From: Trichosphaerium sp. ATCC 40318 | Taxonomy: Eukaryota > Protista > Tubulinea | Direction of reading: 5' to 3' | Length of the DNA stretch: 64,000 bases | Assembly (NCBI GenBank): GCA_038496445.1 | Contig: JALMLS010000130.1 | Span: 62,001-126,000 of the forward strand | In this document: piece after piece, positions 63,601-64,000 of the stretch | Numbering within the stretch: the first letter of the stretch is position 1 | How the letters are laid out: every line of letters begins with the position of its first letter | Program-made: the position numbers and the translations under genes | Notes under the pieces: model-generated | Seen by the model: only the letters and a program-made list of their open reading frames with translations | What the model was told of the DNA's origin: nothing | Database searches by the model: none

Positions 63601-64000
63601 ATGTCAGGGTCGTTCTCTAAATAACACCGTTAGAATTGCACAGAAAAGAATCAAAAGCAATATTTTAGATGTAGAGTAGACGATATGAGTGCTTTTAAAA
63701 GAAACTGACGAGCATCGTTAACGGTTTTTTTTTTCTCAAAACTTGCCTGGATTTGTTTGTGTTATGCGATATTCTGCGTTTGTAGCAACGTCGGTGATCC
63801 AAATGTCATTGTGCCTTATGAACGATATGTACTTTGTATCTGGAGAGAATTGTGGGTCCACACGAGCTCCTTTTGAAGTGGTTGGCACTTCTTTTGGCAC
63901 CTTGTCTTTCTTTTCGATTTTAACTATTAAAAATCGTAGTCTCACGCATCTGACGTACCTTGGTATTATCAACAATGAACAAACTGCCAAGCGTGTCAAG
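60626..64000 (-). CDS. Dipeptidyl peptidase IV family S9B (DPP8/9-like), 5' end outside window
   Basis: QEEFYRYTGYWWSP, YGGPGVQ, GWSYGG, DENVHF, RHG (Ser-Asp-His triad). Confidence 0.93.

Noticed and set aside
1-64000. Alternative genetic code, CRISPR arrays, tRNA/rRNA, and many short ORF-track entries
   Set aside because: Stops interrupting conserved genes fall in spliceable introns, and TAA, TAG and TGA all serve as terminators. No repeat-spacer arrays or RNA gene signatures were seen. Most short ORFs are antisense shadows or exon read-throughs.

Overview
AT-rich, gene-dense, intron-rich eukaryotic DNA, most likely an amoebozoan protist (inferred from a Dictyostelium-type SH2-kinase and a frizzled/smoothened-like receptor). 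Introns are mostly 40-250 nt, with GTACGT/GTGCGT donors and YAG or AAG acceptors. About 28 protein genes were spliced by hand. Housekeeping genes include condensin CAP-H, RPL14, VPS26C, GSK3, stomatin-like 2, Grp170/HYOU1, a dual-specificity phosphatase and a DPP8/9-like peptidase. There are also three 7TM receptor-like genes, four F-box-type genes and several orphan secreted proteins. Most notable: (1) two separate inverted duplications, 7.8-8.3/31.4-31.8 kb and 11.6-12.7/33.8-34.8 kb, arranged as expected at the ends of a staggered-break inversion of about 19 kb; (2) a Kir-fold channel with SAMGSD in place of the TxGYG filter; (3) an SH2-kinase with both kinase and SH2 catalytic or binding residues degenerate; (4) a 19-bp tandem duplication that builds a frame-restoring 28-nt intron; (5) a 297-bp MITE with an ATT target duplication; (6) strong CACGTG enrichment. 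No rRNA, tRNA or CRISPR was seen. Multi-exon CDS coordinates are start-to-stop spans from manual splicing, and family calls come from motif recognition without database searches.
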